Positions 47,071 through 58,995 of a DNA stretch of 64,000 nucleotides are shown here, piece after piece. The notes under the pieces were generated by a model, which saw only the letters and a list, made by a program, of their open reading frames with translations, was not told the DNA's origin and did not search any database. Source of the stretch: Malacoraja senta. Lineage: Eukaryota. Every line of letters begins with the position of its first letter. The first letter of the stretch is position 1. A program made the position numbers and the translations under genes. The stretch lies in NCBI GenBank assembly GCA_038087875.1, contig CM075987.1:25732001-25796000 (forward strand), read 5' to 3'.

Positions 47071-47417
47071 GGGCGGCCATGATGGCGCAGCGGTAGAGTT
47101 GCTGCCTTACAGCGCTTGCAGCGCCGGAGACCCGAGTTCGATCCCGACTACGGGAGCTGTCTGTACGGAGTTTGTACGTTCTCCCCGTGACCTGCGTGGG
47201 TTTTCTCCGAGATCTTTGGTTTCTTCCCACACTCCAAAGACGTGCATGTAAGCAGGTAAATTGGCTTGGTATAAGTGTAAATTGTCACTAGTTTGTATAG
47301 GGCAGTGTTAGTGTGCGGTGATCGCTGGTCGGTACAGACTGGATGGGCTGAAGAGCCTGTTTCCGCGCTTCTTCTTCTTCTTCTGTCGTGTGTCTCTAAA
47401 ACTAAAACTGAACTAAA
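47071..47417 (+). mobile_element. V-SINE (HE1-like), full length
   Basis: Head, B box gagttcgatccc, V-domain and tail. Confidence 0.88.
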
Positions 47418-47921
47418 CATCTGTATTCTTCACCGACTGTTAAGCGCCCGCCCATCTCTAGCCTGCTCAATCAAAAATTGATTCAATTCCCCATCAAAAC
47501 CCTCGTATGAACCTTTTCTTACATTACAGGAAGGCAGCCCATTACAGGAGCTGACAACTTAAAGGTTGTGGTTATTTATCAAGTGCACTTTGCCTCCTGG
47601 CTTTTTCAGCTTATAATCGTGTCCTTTGGTTCTTTTTGTATTTTTGTTTAAAATACTTTTTCTTGCGCACTATATTGATTATTTGCAGCAGAATTGAGAG
47701 ATCATATTGCCTCTTTCTCAAGTGACAGCAGCTTTAGCTTCTTTCCAAGACAGTAGCTAAAAATATGGAATCATTGCAGGTTTGAATTTTAATTTTGCTA
47801 ACTCTGCACGTTGTGGGTTGATTCTTCAGACACCCCAAAACATCCCCTATTGGTGCCTGATCCACTGAGTTACTCCAGCATTTTGTGTCTACCTTTGGTG
47901 TAAACCAGCATTTGCAGTTCA

Positions 47922-50900
47922 TTTTGTGGAAGGTGCGACCTGTACAAAAAGGATGGGTTGAACTTGAACCTGAGGGGGACCGATATCCTGGCGGGGAGAT
48001 CTGCAAAGGCTACTGGGGAGACTTTAAACTAGAATGGTTGGGGGGAGGGACTCAAATAGAGAAAGCTATTAGACAGTGTGTGAGGCAGAAGGCAGAGAAG
48101 GAAAGCACTCAGACCCAACATGTAGGGGGGGAAGAAGAAAACAATAATAAACAGAGAATAAGAGGTGGTGGGGTTCTTAAATGGGTGAGCAGAGAAACAG
48201 AGGGGTGTAAAATGCGGGCGGAAGCAATAGGTAGCAAGGTGAAAAGTAAAAGTGGCAGGCAGACAAATCCAGGGCAAAAATCAAAAAGGGCCACTTTTCA
48301 ACATAATTGTAAAAACAAGCCTGAAGGCTTTGTGTCTCAATGCAAGGAGCATTCGTAATAAGGTGGATGAGTTGAACGTGCAGATAGCTATTAATGATTA
48401 TGATATAGTTGGGATCACGGAGACATGGCTCCAGGGTGACCAAGGCTGGGAGCTGAACATCCAGGGATATTCAATATTCAGGAGGGATAGAGAGAAAGGA
48501 AAAGGAGGTGGGGTAGCGTTGCTGGTTAGAGAGGAGATTAACGCAGTGGAAAGGAAGGACATTAGCTTGGAGGATGTGGAATCGGTATGGGTAGAGCTGT
48601 GAAACACTAAGGGGCAGAAAACGCTGGTGGGTGTTGTGTACAGGCCACCTAGCAGTAGTAGTGAAGTTGGGGAAGGCATCAAACAGGAAATTAGAAATGC
48701 GTGCAACAAAGGCAAAACAGTTATAATGGGTGACTTCAATCTACATATAGATTGGGTGAATCAAATTGGCAGGGGTGCTGAGGAAGACAATTTCTTGTAA
48801 TGTATGCAGGATAGTTATCTAAACCAACATGTAGAGGAACCAACGAGAGAGCAGGCTATTCTAGACTGGGTATTGAGTAATGAGGAAGGGTTAGTTAGCA
48901 GTCTTGTTGTGCGTGCCCCCTTGGGCAAGAGTGACCATAATATGGTTGAGTTCTTCATTAGGATGGAGAGTGACATTGTTAATTCAGAAACAACGGTTCT
49001 GAACTTAAAGAAAGGTAACTATGAGGGTATGAGACGTGAATTGGCCAAGATTGACTGGCAATTAGTTCTAAAAGGGTTGACGGTGGATATGCAATCGAAA
49101 GCATTTAAAGACTGCATGGATGAACTACAAAAATTGTTCATCCCAGTTTGGCAAAAGAATAAATCAGGGAAGGTAGTGCATCCGTGGATAACAAGGGAAA
49201 TCAGGGATAGTATCAAAGCAAAAGATGATGCGTACAAATTAGCCAGAAAAAGCAGCATACCAGAGGACTGGGAGAAATTCAGAGACAGGCAGAGGAGGAC
49301 AAAGGGCTTAATTAGGAAATGGAAAATAGATTATGAAAGAAAACTGGCAGGGAACATAAAAACTGACTGCAAAAGTTTTTATAGATATGTGAAGAGAAAG
49401 AGATTAGTTAAAACAAATGTAGGTCCCTTGCAGTCAGAAACAGGTGAATTGATCATGGGGAACAAGGATATGGCGGACCAATTGAATAACTACTTTGGTT
49501 CCGTCTTCACTAAGGAAGACATAAATAATCTGCCGGAAATAGCAGGGGACCGCGGGTCAAAGGAGATGGAGGAACTGAGTGAAATCCAGGTTAGTCGGGA
49601 AGTGGTGTTGGGTAAATTGAATGGATTAAAGGCCGATAAATCACCAGGGCCAGATAGGCTGCATCCCAGAGTACTTAAGGAAGTAGCTCCAGAAATAGTG
49701 GATGCATTAGTGATAATTTTTCAAAACTCTTTAGATTCTGGAGTAGTTCCTGAGGATTGGAGGGTAGCAAACGTAACCCCACTTTTTAAGAAGGGAGGGA
49801 GAGAGAAAACGGGGAATTACAGACCAGTTAGTCTAACACCGGTAGTGGGGAAACTGCTAGAGTCAGTTATTAAAGATGGGATAGCAGCACATTTGGAAAG
49901 TGGTGAAATCATTGGACAAAGTCAGCATGGATTTACGAAAGGTAAATCATGTCTGACGAATCTTATAGAATTTTTCGAGGATGTAACTAGTAGAGTGGAT
50001 AGGGGAGAACCAGTGGATGTGTTGTATCTGGACTTTCAGAAGGCTTTCGACAAGGTCCCACATAAGAGATTAGTATACAAACTTAAAGCACACGGTATTG
50101 GGGGTTCAGTATTGATGTGGATAGAGAACTGGCTGGCAAACAGGAAGCAAAGAGTAGGAGTAAACGGGTCCTTTTCAAAATGGCAGGCAGTGACTAGTGG
50201 GATACCGCAAGGCTCAGTGCTGGGACCCCAGCTATTTACAATTTATATTAATGAACTGGATGAGGGAATTGAAGGCAACATCTCCAAGTTTGCGGATGAC
50301 ACTAAACTGGGGATGCAGTGTTAGCTGTGAGGAGGATGCTAGGAGACTGCAAGGTGACTTGGATAGGCTGGGTGAGTGGGCAAATGTTTGGCAGATGCAG
50401 TATAATGTGGATAAATGTGAGGTTATCCACTTTGGTGGCAAAAACAGGAAAGCAGACTATTATCTAAATGGTGGCCGATTAGGAAAAGGGGAGATGCAGC
50501 GAGACCTGGGTGTCATGGTACACCAGTCATTGAAAGTAGGCATGCAGGTGCAGCAGGCAGTGAAGAAAGCGAATGGTATGTTAGCTTTCATAGCAAAAGG
50601 ATTTGAGTATAGGAGCAGGGAGGTTCTACTGCAGTTGTACAGGGTCTTGGTGAGACCACACCTGGAGTATTGCGTACAGTTTTGGTCTCCAAATCTGAGG
50701 AAGGACATTATAGCCATAGAGGGCGTGCAGAGAAGGTTCACCAGACTGATTCCTGGGATGTCAGGACTTTCATATGAAGAAAGACTGGATAGACTTGGCT
50801 TATACTCGCTAGAATTTAGGAGATTGAGAGGGGATCTTATAGAAACGTACAAAATTCTTATGGGGTTGGACAGGCTAGATGCAGGAAGATTGTTCCCGAT

Positions 50901-51231
50901 GTTGGGGAAGTCCAGGACAAGGGGTCACAGCTTGAGGATAAGGGGGAATTCCTTTAAGACCGAGATGAGAAAACACTTTTTCACACAGAGAGTGGTGAAT
51001 CTCTGGAACTCTCTGCCACAGAGGGTAGTTGAGGCCAGTTCATTGGCTATATTTAAGAGGGAGTTAGATGTGGCCCTTGTGGCTAAAGGGATCAGGGGGT
51101 ATGGAGAGAAGGCAGGTACGGGATACTGAGTTGGATGATCAGCCATGATCATATTGAATGGCGGTGCAGGCTCGAAGGGCCGAATGGCCTACTCCTGCAC
51201 CTATTTTCTATGTATCTATGTATCTATCTAT
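47922..51231 (+). mobile_element. 5'-truncated CR1 LINE, close sister of 18425-23833, with disrupted ORF2
   Basis: ORFs 48252..48602, 48804..50324 and 50197..51129 nearly identical in translation to the intact ORF2; stops and frameshifts; (TCTATGTA)n tail. Confidence 0.95.
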
Positions 51232-51296
51232 TGCTACGCTGACTATTCCAGCCTTGTTAAATTGGACTCAGCGATGCAGCTAATGTCATTGCGTGG

Positions 51297-51620
51297 TTTA
51301 GCTTAGCTTAGTTTAGAGTTACAGCGTGGAAACAGGCCCTTCGGCCCACCGAGTCCGCACCGTCCAGCGATCCCCGCACGCTAACACTATCGTACACACA
51401 CCAGGGACAATTTACACTTGTACCAAATTAATTTACAGACCTGCACGTCCTTTAGAGTGTGGGAGGAAACCGAAGATGTCGGAGAAAACCCACGCAGGTC
51501 ACGGGGCGAAAGTACAAACTCTGTACAGACAAGCGCCCGTAGTCAGGATCGAACCCGGGTCACTGGCACGGCAAGCGCTGTAAGGCGGCAACTCTACCGC
51601 TGCGCCACCGTGGCCGCCCT
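51297..51620 (-). mobile_element. V-SINE (HE1-like), full length
   Basis: Reverse-strand head, V-domain and tail. Confidence 0.88.
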
Positions 51621-52288
51621 TGTGGGGCCTGAAGGAAAGGACTTTTATTCTTCTGTCCAAACGGAGTGTAGGGCAAGCCATCGACTCCAGAGCCAGCAGC
51701 TCCCATCTCTGATTGTTGCCAGACTTCCCCAAGCCCTGGAAAACGTGCACAGGAGCCGTGCATAGTGGTTCTAATTACACTGTGGATTAAATATATTTAT
51801 AGTGTTTCATGTGTCCATAAGTCAATACTATTTTTCTCCTGTCGGAACAGGTGGATCCAGCTCCACAGATACTGGGAAGCCCAGGGGCTCCAACTAAATG
51901 AACGAGCATGCACGGAGACCTGGCAGATAATTCAATCACCGTTTAACACTTGAGGCAAACTATCCATTCAATGCACACCAAGAACCGCAAACTAAAATCA
52001 CTGGGGGTAACAATGGCGGGGGAAATATGCCAATCGTTTAGTTTAGTTTAGTTTAATTTAGAGATACAGCGTGGAAACAGGCCCTTCGGCCCACCGAGTC
52101 CAGACCGACCAGCGATCCCCGCACACTAACACTATCCTCCACACACTGAGGACAATTTTACATTTTATTCCAAGCCAATTGACTCACAAACCTGCGCGTC
52201 TTTGGAGTGTGGGAGAAAACCGGAGATGTTGGAGAAAACCCACGCGGGTATTTAAATGATGAGAGGCATAGTTAGGATAGACAGTCGG

Positions 52289-52669
52289 GGGGGGATGATA
52301 GTTGAAGAGTTGGTATGTCCTATTTACGTGATGCTCAAAAAAAAAAACATTTGTTTTTCTTTTTTTCTCTCTCTCTTTTCTTTTCTTAGGGCCTATTTCT
52401 TAACTCCTTTTTTTTTTTTTTTGTCTTTAATTTCGCTTTCATAGGGTCCTCGTCCTTTTTTTTTTTTTTGTTTGTTGTTACATTTTCTACACTTTTCTAC
52501 ACTTGCACTTTTTCCTTCACTTTCTTCTCTCTTTCAATCTTTTCTTTCTTTAGCGTAAAAAAAAAATAAAGGGAGTACATTAATTGTAAGAAGATATAAA
52601 TGACGAGTATTAATGTATGTGGCTGTGATGTAATGTACTTCTAATAAATAAAAATTTAAAAAAAAAAAA
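52289..52669 (+). mobile_element. L1 3' UTR fragment with poly(A), inserted in a CR1 fragment (about 52250-52980)
   Basis: 15-bp TSD aggatagacagtcgg (52274-52288, 52670-52684); same tacttctaataaa end as the L1 at 40131-40969. Confidence 0.8.
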
Positions 52670-53192
52670 AGGATAGACAGTCGGAACATTTTTTCCCAGA
52701 GTGGAAACATCCAATACTAGAGGCCATAGCTCTAAGATGAGAGGGGAAAGCTTAATGGAGATGCGTGAGGCCATTTTTTTACACAGAGGGAGCCCGGAAC
52801 GCGCTGCCAGGGGTGGCGGTAGAGGCAGATCCAATCGTGGCGTATAAGAGGCTTTTGGATAGGCACGTGGAAATAGAGGGATATGGGTCATGTACGGGTA
52901 GAAGAGATCAGTTTAACTTGGCCACATGTTCAACACAAACATTATGGGCCGAAGGGCCTGTTCCTGTGCTGTACTGTTCTATATCCGATATTCTAGGTTA
53001 TATGTCTAAAATAGGCGGCATGGTGGCGTAGCGATAGAGTTGCTGCCTCACAGCGCCAGAGACCTGGGCTCAATACTGACTGCAGGTGCTGTCTGTACGG
53101 AGTTTGTACATTCTCCCCGTGACCTGCGTGGGTTTTCTACGGGTGCTCCGGTTTCCTCCCACTCTCCAAAGACCAGCAGGTTTGTAGGTTAA

Positions 53193-54603
53193 AGAAGGAA
53201 CTGCAGATGCTGGATAATCGAAGGTACACAAAAATGCTGGAGAAACTCAGCGGGTGCAGCAGCATCTATGGAGCGAAGGAAATAGGTAACGTTTCGGGCC
53301 GAAACCCTTCTTCAGACTGATAGGGGGTGGGGAGAAGAAAGGAAAAAAGGACAAAGGCGGAGGAGGAGCCCGAGGGCTGGGGGAGGGGAGGAGACAACCA
53401 GGTGGCTGATGAAGGGGAGGGGACAGCAAGGGCTAGCAGAATTGGGAGAATTCAATGTTCAAGCCCCCAGGATGTAGACTGCCCAAGCGGAATATGAGGT
53501 GCATTTCCTCCAATTTACGGTGTTGCTCGCTGTGGCCATGGAGGAGACCCAGGACAGAGAGGTCAGATACGGAATGGGAGGGGGAGTTGAAGTGCTGAGC
53601 CACCGGGAGTTCAAGTTGGTTATTGCGGACCGACCGGAGGTGTTCGGCGAAACGATCGCCAAGCCTCCGCTTATTCTCACCGATGTATATCAGCTGGCAT
53701 CTAGAGCAGCGAATGCAATAGATGAGGTTGGAGGAGATGCAGGTGAACCTCTGTCGCACCTGGAACGACTGCTTGGGTCCTTGAATGGAGTAGAGGGGGG
53801 AGGTGAAGGGACAAGTGTTGCATCTCTTGCGGTTGCAAGGGAAAGTACCAGGGGAGGGGGTGGTATGGGAGGGAAGGGAAGAATTGACAAGGTAGTTACG
53901 GAGGGAGCGGTCTTTGCGGAAGGCAGACATGGGGGGAGATGGGAAGATGTGGCAAGTGGTGGGGTCACGTTGGAGGTGGCGGAACTGACGGAGGATCACT
54001 TGTTGTATGTGACGGCTGGTGGGGTGAAAGGTGAGGACTAGGGGGACTCTGCCCTTGTTGTGAGTGGGGGGATGGGGAGAGAGAGCAGTGTTGCAGGGTA
54101 TGGCAGAGACCCTGGTGCGAGCCTCATCTATGGTGGAGGAGGGGAACCCCCGTTCCCTGAAGAATGAGGACATTTCAGATGCCCTGGTGTGGAACGCCTC
54201 ATCCTGGGAGCAGATGCGGCGTAGACGGAGGAATTGGGAGTGGGGGATGGAGTCCTTACAGGAAGCAGGGTGGGAAGAAGTGTAGTCCAGATAGCCATGG
54301 GAGTCGGTAGGTTTGTAGTGGATGTCGGTAAGGAGTCTATCACCTGCGATGGAGATAGTGAGGTCAAGGAATGGTAGGGAAGTGTCGGAAATGGTCCAGG
54401 TGTATTTGAGTGCCGGATGGAAGTTGGTGGTGAAGCGGATGAAGTCAGTCAGTTGTGTGTGGGTGCAGGATGTGGCACCAAAACAATCATCGATGTAGCG
54501 GAGGTAGAGGTCGGGGATGGGGCCCTGGTACACATTGAACAAGCATTGTTCTACGTACCCGACAAAGAGGCAGGCGTAGCTGGGGCCCATGCGTGTGCCC
54601 ATA
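53193..54603 (-). mobile_element. 5'-truncated Penelope-like element
   Basis: 15-bp TSD aggtttgtaggttaa (53178-53192, 54610-54624); RT plus GIY-YIG ORF; hammerhead module at about 53285-53318. Confidence 0.93.
53433..54602 (-). CDS. Penelope-like RT (C-terminal part) plus GIY-YIG endonuclease, 5'-truncated, open frame
   Basis: MGTRMGPSYA, YLRYIDD, LPFLDL, YKPTD..YLDYTSSHP, CNRKRCNTC, NLIYCIRC...YIGE. Confidence 0.9.
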   Translation of the reverse strand: MGTRMGPSYACLFVGYVEQCLFNVYQGPIPDLYLRYIDDCFGATSCTHTQLTDFIRFTTNFHPALKYTWTISDTSLPFLDLTISIAGDRLLTDIHYKPTDSHGYLDYTSSHPASCKDSIPHSQFLRLRRICSQDEAFHTRASEMSSFFRERGFPSSTIDEARTRVSAIPCNTALSPHPPTHNKGRVPLVLTFHPTSRHIQQVILRQFRHLQRDPTTCHIFPSPPMSAFRKDRSLRNYLVNSSLPSHTTPSPGTFPCNRKRCNTCPFTSPLYSIQGPKQSFQVRQRFTCISSNLIYCIRCSRCQLIYIGENKRRLGDRFAEHLRSVRNNQLELPVAQHFNSPSHSVSDLSVLGLLHGHSEQHRKLEEMHLIFRLGSLHPGGLNIEFSQFC

Positions 54604-55076
54604 GTTTGTAGGTTTGTAGGTTAACTGGCTTCTGTTAAAATTGTAAATTGTCCCAAGTGTGTGTGGGATAGTGTTCCTGTACGGGGTGATCGCTGGTCGG
54701 CGCGGACTCGCGTGGTCTGCAGGGCCTGTTTCCGCGCTGTATCTCCAAAGTCCAAGGTAACATTGACTCCTGCAGGCTGCAGCGTGCCGCGGGGGAGGAT
54801 GAAGTGACTTTTCCCAAGGACGTGCGATGCTTTTACATCATTTGCTCATGTTATCGACCTTCCTCAGCCTGCCCAGATATATGACCCAAATAAAAGTCAA
54901 AGGGTTTCTCCTGCCAATGTGCTTTGCGTTGCCAGGTCCATGAATTAATATACACCGCAGGTAATTGGTGCTGAATTAATTTCATTCTGCATGTGAACTT
55001 AATCGAATGTGAGAAACACAACAGAGAAATGAATGAGATTGAATTTGTCATCCTCGGCCAATATGGCAGTACACAA

Positions 55077-55619
55077 TTAGACCTCATTTGGACTACGCAG
55101 TTGCAGCGTGGGACCCATACACAAATAAAAACATTTCTTCCATCGAACGTGTCCAAAGACAGGCAGCTCGATTTGTTACTAACACCTATGAGAGAGAAGC
55201 GAGTGTTACCAAACTTCTGAATTCTCTGGGGTGGAACCCTCTCCAAGACAGACGTGAAGCTCACCGTTTGACCTGTTTTTACAAAATGTTAAATGGTCAG
55301 CTCGACATAGATTACAAGACCTACACCGAACCCAAACCAACTAGGAGCAGACGAGGGCATTTGATCCAATTTGTGATTCCAGCTACCAAGACAGATGTGT
55401 ACAGCAATTCATTCTTCCCCCGCACAATTAAAGCATGGAATAATCCCCACCCTACCATAGTTACCCAACCTGATGCATCTAAATTTAAGGTAGCTCTTTC
55501 TTCCCAAAAACCCTTTCTGGCTTAAGTCCTCCCTCCTCCACCTCCAGTTTAAATTCCATTTGGAATATTTTGGAGGACCAAGAAACCAAGAACCAAGAAC
55601 CAAGAACCAAGAACCAAGA
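55077..55619 (+). mobile_element. L2-group (Daphne/Kiri-like) LINE 3' fragment, near-identical to 4978-5514
   Basis: ORF 55088..55525 differs from 5037..5528 at only a few residues; (CCAAGAA)n tail. Confidence 0.78.
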
Positions 55620-56809
55620 TTGCTTTCCTGTACATTGCTACGACTGCAAATGGCAGCGGTTTGCTTAAGTTGGTAATATATATTGCCGCCCAGCTCAAAC
55701 TGTTTGAAAAGATTAAGAAGGTGGAGTTCTGAAGCTTTTCCACATCAGAGGGTGGTGAATCTGTGGAATTCTTTGCCACTGAAGGCTGTGGAGGCCAAGT
55801 CAGTGGATATTTTTAAGGGGCAGCTAGATAGATTCTTGATTAGTACGGGTGTCAGGGGTTATGGGGAGAAGGCAGGAGAATGGGGTTGAGGGGGAGAGAT
55901 AGATCAGCCATGATGAAGGGTCTCGACCCAAAACGTCAACCGTTCCTTCCCTCCAGAGATGCTGCCTGCCCCCCTGAGTTACTCCAGGTTTTGGTGTCTA
56001 CCTTCGGTTTAAACCAGCATCTGCAGTTCCTCCTTGCACAGCCATGATTGAATGGCAGAGTAGACTTGATGGGCAGAGGTATCCACTGGCACCAGAGGGA
56101 TCCACTGGCATTTCTAAGTCTCTTCAATGCAGTTCAATATTTGATTGTATCTGTCACTTTGCATTGATATTTGATTGCTTGTTGAGATGGGGGGGTGGGG
56201 GGGGGGGGATGGAAGGTTAGGTCTGCAGGTGTGAGGGGGTGGTTGGGGAATGAGGAGAGCTGGGGGAGAGAGGAGCTGAGGAAGGGTGGAGGAGGGGGAG
56301 GACTAGACGAGTGTGAAGATGGGGAGAGGGCAGAGACGCTGCCTGTCCCACTGAGTTACTCCAGCATTTTGTGTCTATCTTCGGTGGCAATGGAGAGAAC
56401 TAGGGGGAGCAATGAGTTGGAGACAGGTGGGTGTGGGTTGAGATGGGGATGGAGATAGAGTGGACTTAGGAACGCTGGTGATGAGTAGGAATGAGCTGCA
56501 GATGCTGGTTTAAACCTGACACAAAATGCTGGAGTACCTCAGTCTGTCTGAAGAAGGGTCTCGCCCCGAAACGTCACCCATTCCTTCCCTCCGGTGAGTT
56601 ACTCCAGCATTTTATGTCTATCTTTGGAGAGAAGGAGGGTCGGGGAGTCTGGATTTTGGGTCCATAGAAGCTGCAGCACTTTACAAATTCCTTTGTAACT
56701 CATTACTCGTAACATCCAGGACAAGGATCATCTTAACTGAGATGATTGAAATAACATCCAGCACCTCGTACCACAGCCCAAATTAAAGTCAACATAATCA
56801 AAGACTTAA

Positions 56810-57042
56810 GATCGATACAAAAAGCTGGAGTAACTCAGCGGGTCAGGCAGCATCTCTGGAGAAAAGGAATAGGTGACGTTTCGGGTTGAGACCCTTCTTC
56901 AGACCCTTCAGTCTGAAGACGTGTTTCGACCTGAAACGTTACCTATTCTGTTTCTCCAGAGATGTTGCCTGTCCCGCTGAGCCACAGCAGAATTTCGTGT
57001 CTATCTTCAGTGTAAACCAGCATCTGCAGTTCCTTCCTGCAC
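56810..57042. mobile_element. Head-to-head twin Penelope 3' modules
   Basis: gacgtttcgggttgagacccttcttcagac, then gtctgaagacgtgtttcgacctgaaacgtt. Confidence 0.8.
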
Positions 57043-57075
57043 ATTTTGAATCATGCTAAACAGGAATCTATAACA

Positions 57076-57208
57076 TTTGAGTCTGAAGAAGGGGTCTCGA
57101 CCCGAAACGTCACCTATTCCTTCGCTCCATAGATGCTGCCTCACCCGCTGAGTTTCTCCAGCATTTTTGTCTACCTTCGATTTTCCAGCATCTGCAGTTC
57201 TTTCTCAC
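57076..57208 (+). mobile_element. Short Penelope 3' module with hammerhead-like motif
   Basis: 16-bp TSD acaggaatctataaca (57060-57075, 57209-57224); CTGAAGA-aggggtctcgaccc-GAAACGTC. Confidence 0.87.
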
Positions 57209-57364
57209 ACAGGAATCTATAACAAATAATTTTTGATTTTATTAACCAACCATGTTATGAATTTTTCACTCTCAGCCCTGGACAGAAAGGTCGGATTCGG
57301 AATGGGAGGGGGGTTTGAAGTGCTGAGCCACCGGGAGATCAGGTTGGTTATTGCGAATGTGGCC

Positions 57365-58290
57365 ATGCGCCAAGTTTGCAGATGATGCTAAGATAGGTGG
57401 AGGGGCAGGCAGTGTAGAGGAAGCAAGGACTCTGCAGAAGGACATGGACGGGTCAGGAGAATGGGCAGAGAAGTGGCAGATTAAATGCAGTACAGCAAAG
57501 TGCAGAGTCATGCAATTTGATAATAACAATAAAGTCATAGATTATTTTCTAAATGGAGAGAGAATTCGTAAATCGGAGGTACAAAGAGACTTGTGAGTGT
57601 TGGTGCAGGACACCCAGAAAGTCCATTTGCAAGTCGAATCGGTAGTAAAGATGGCAAATTCAATGATGGCATTTATCCCAAGAGGACTGGAATACAAAAA
57701 CAGAGATGTAATGCTGAGGCTCTATAAGGCGCTGGTCAAGGCCACATTTGGAGCACTGTCAGAAAATCTTGGCCACATATCTGAGGAAGGATGTGCTGGC
57801 TCTGGAGAGGGTCCAGATGAGGTTTACAAGAGTGATCCCAGGAATGAGTGGGTGAGCATATGATGAGCGTTTGACAGCACTGGGGACTTCACTCGCTGGA
57901 GTTTAGAAGGTTGAGGGGGGGACCTCATTGAAACGTACAGAATAATGAAAGGCCTGGATGGAGTGGATGTGGAGAGGATGTTTCCACTGGTGGGAGAGTC
58001 TAGGACTAGAGGTCATAGCCTCAGAATTAAAGGGCGCTCTGTTAGAAAGGAGGTGAGGAGGAACTGGCTAGTTAATCTGTGGAACTCTGCCACAGAGGGG
58101 AGTGGAGGCCAAGTGTGTAATCCCTAGTGTGTAGGATAGTGCTACAAATTGGTGATTAGAACAGGTGTCAATGGTTATGGGGAGAAGGCAGGAAAATGGG
58201 ATTAGGAGGCAGAGATAGATCAGCCATGATTGAATGGCAGAGTAGACTCGATGGGCTGAATGGCCTAATTCTACCCCTATAACTTGTGTA
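57365..58290 (+). mobile_element. CR1 LINE 3' fragment, older subfamily
   Basis: AKFADDAKIGG...LVNLWNS and 3' UTR, with several frameshifts. Confidence 0.85.
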
Positions 58291-58409
58291 CGTGTGAACT
58301 ATGCATTGATTACAATCAAGCTATCCACAGTGTACAGATACATGATAAAGGGAATTACATTTAGTGAAAGTAAAGTCAAATTAAAAATAGTCTCAGGGTC
58401 TCCAAATAC

Positions 58410-58695
58410 ACAAGCTCCCATCACACAAACCAACCTCCCTTCCATTGACTCCATGTATACCTCACGCTGCCTCGGCAAGGCCAGCAGCATAATCAAGGAC
58501 CAATCGCCCCCATGGCCACTCCCTCTTCTCCCCTCTCCTATCGGGCAAAAGGGATAGAAGTGTGAAAACGCACACCCCCAGGTTCAGGGACAGTTTCTTC
58601 CCAGCTGTTATCAGGCAACTGAACCATCCTACCAACAATCAGAGAGCAGTCCTGAACTACTGTCTACCTCATTGGTGACCCTCGGACTATCCGTA
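58410..58695 (+). mobile_element. Rex1/Babar LINE 3' fragment
   Basis: LPSIDSMYTSRCLGKASSIIKD...RFRDSFFPAVIRQLN. Confidence 0.75.
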
Positions 58696-58739
58696 ATGAG
58701 TTATACAGATAGCGACACTCAACAGATGACAGTGAAACT

Positions 58740-58995
58740 AGTACAATGACTAGGGTGGGGGAGAGACAGAGAGAGAGGGGATGCAAGGGTTACTTGAAGT
58801 TAGAGAAACCAATGTACATACCGCTGGGGTGTAAGCTGCCCAAGCGAAATATGAGGTGCTGTTCCTCAAATTTGCGCTGGGCCTCACTCTGACAGTGGAG
58901 GAGGCCCAGGACAGAAAGGTCAGATTGGGAATGGGAGGGGGGGGGGGGGGGGTAAAGTGTTTGGCAACCGGGAGATCGCATAGGCCAAGGCGGGC
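58740..58995 (-). mobile_element. Penelope-like GIY-YIG C-terminal fragment
   Basis: DLSVLGLLHCQSEAQRKFEEQHLIFRLGSLHPSG. Confidence 0.8.

Larger units (their letters stand above)
53013..54750 (+). mobile_element. V-SINE split by a Penelope insertion
   Basis: Halves 53013-53192 and 54610-54750 rejoin at aggtttgtaggttaa. Confidence 0.85.

Noticed and set aside
51765..51953. Possible spliced exon after a pyrimidine tract (also 29090-29270 and 27640-27840)
   Set aside because: No recognisable protein similarity, no convincing donor site, and stops in the plausible frames.
53499..54611. Antisense ORFs over Penelope and CR1 coding regions
   Set aside because: Shadow frames of transposon ORFs with no independent motifs.
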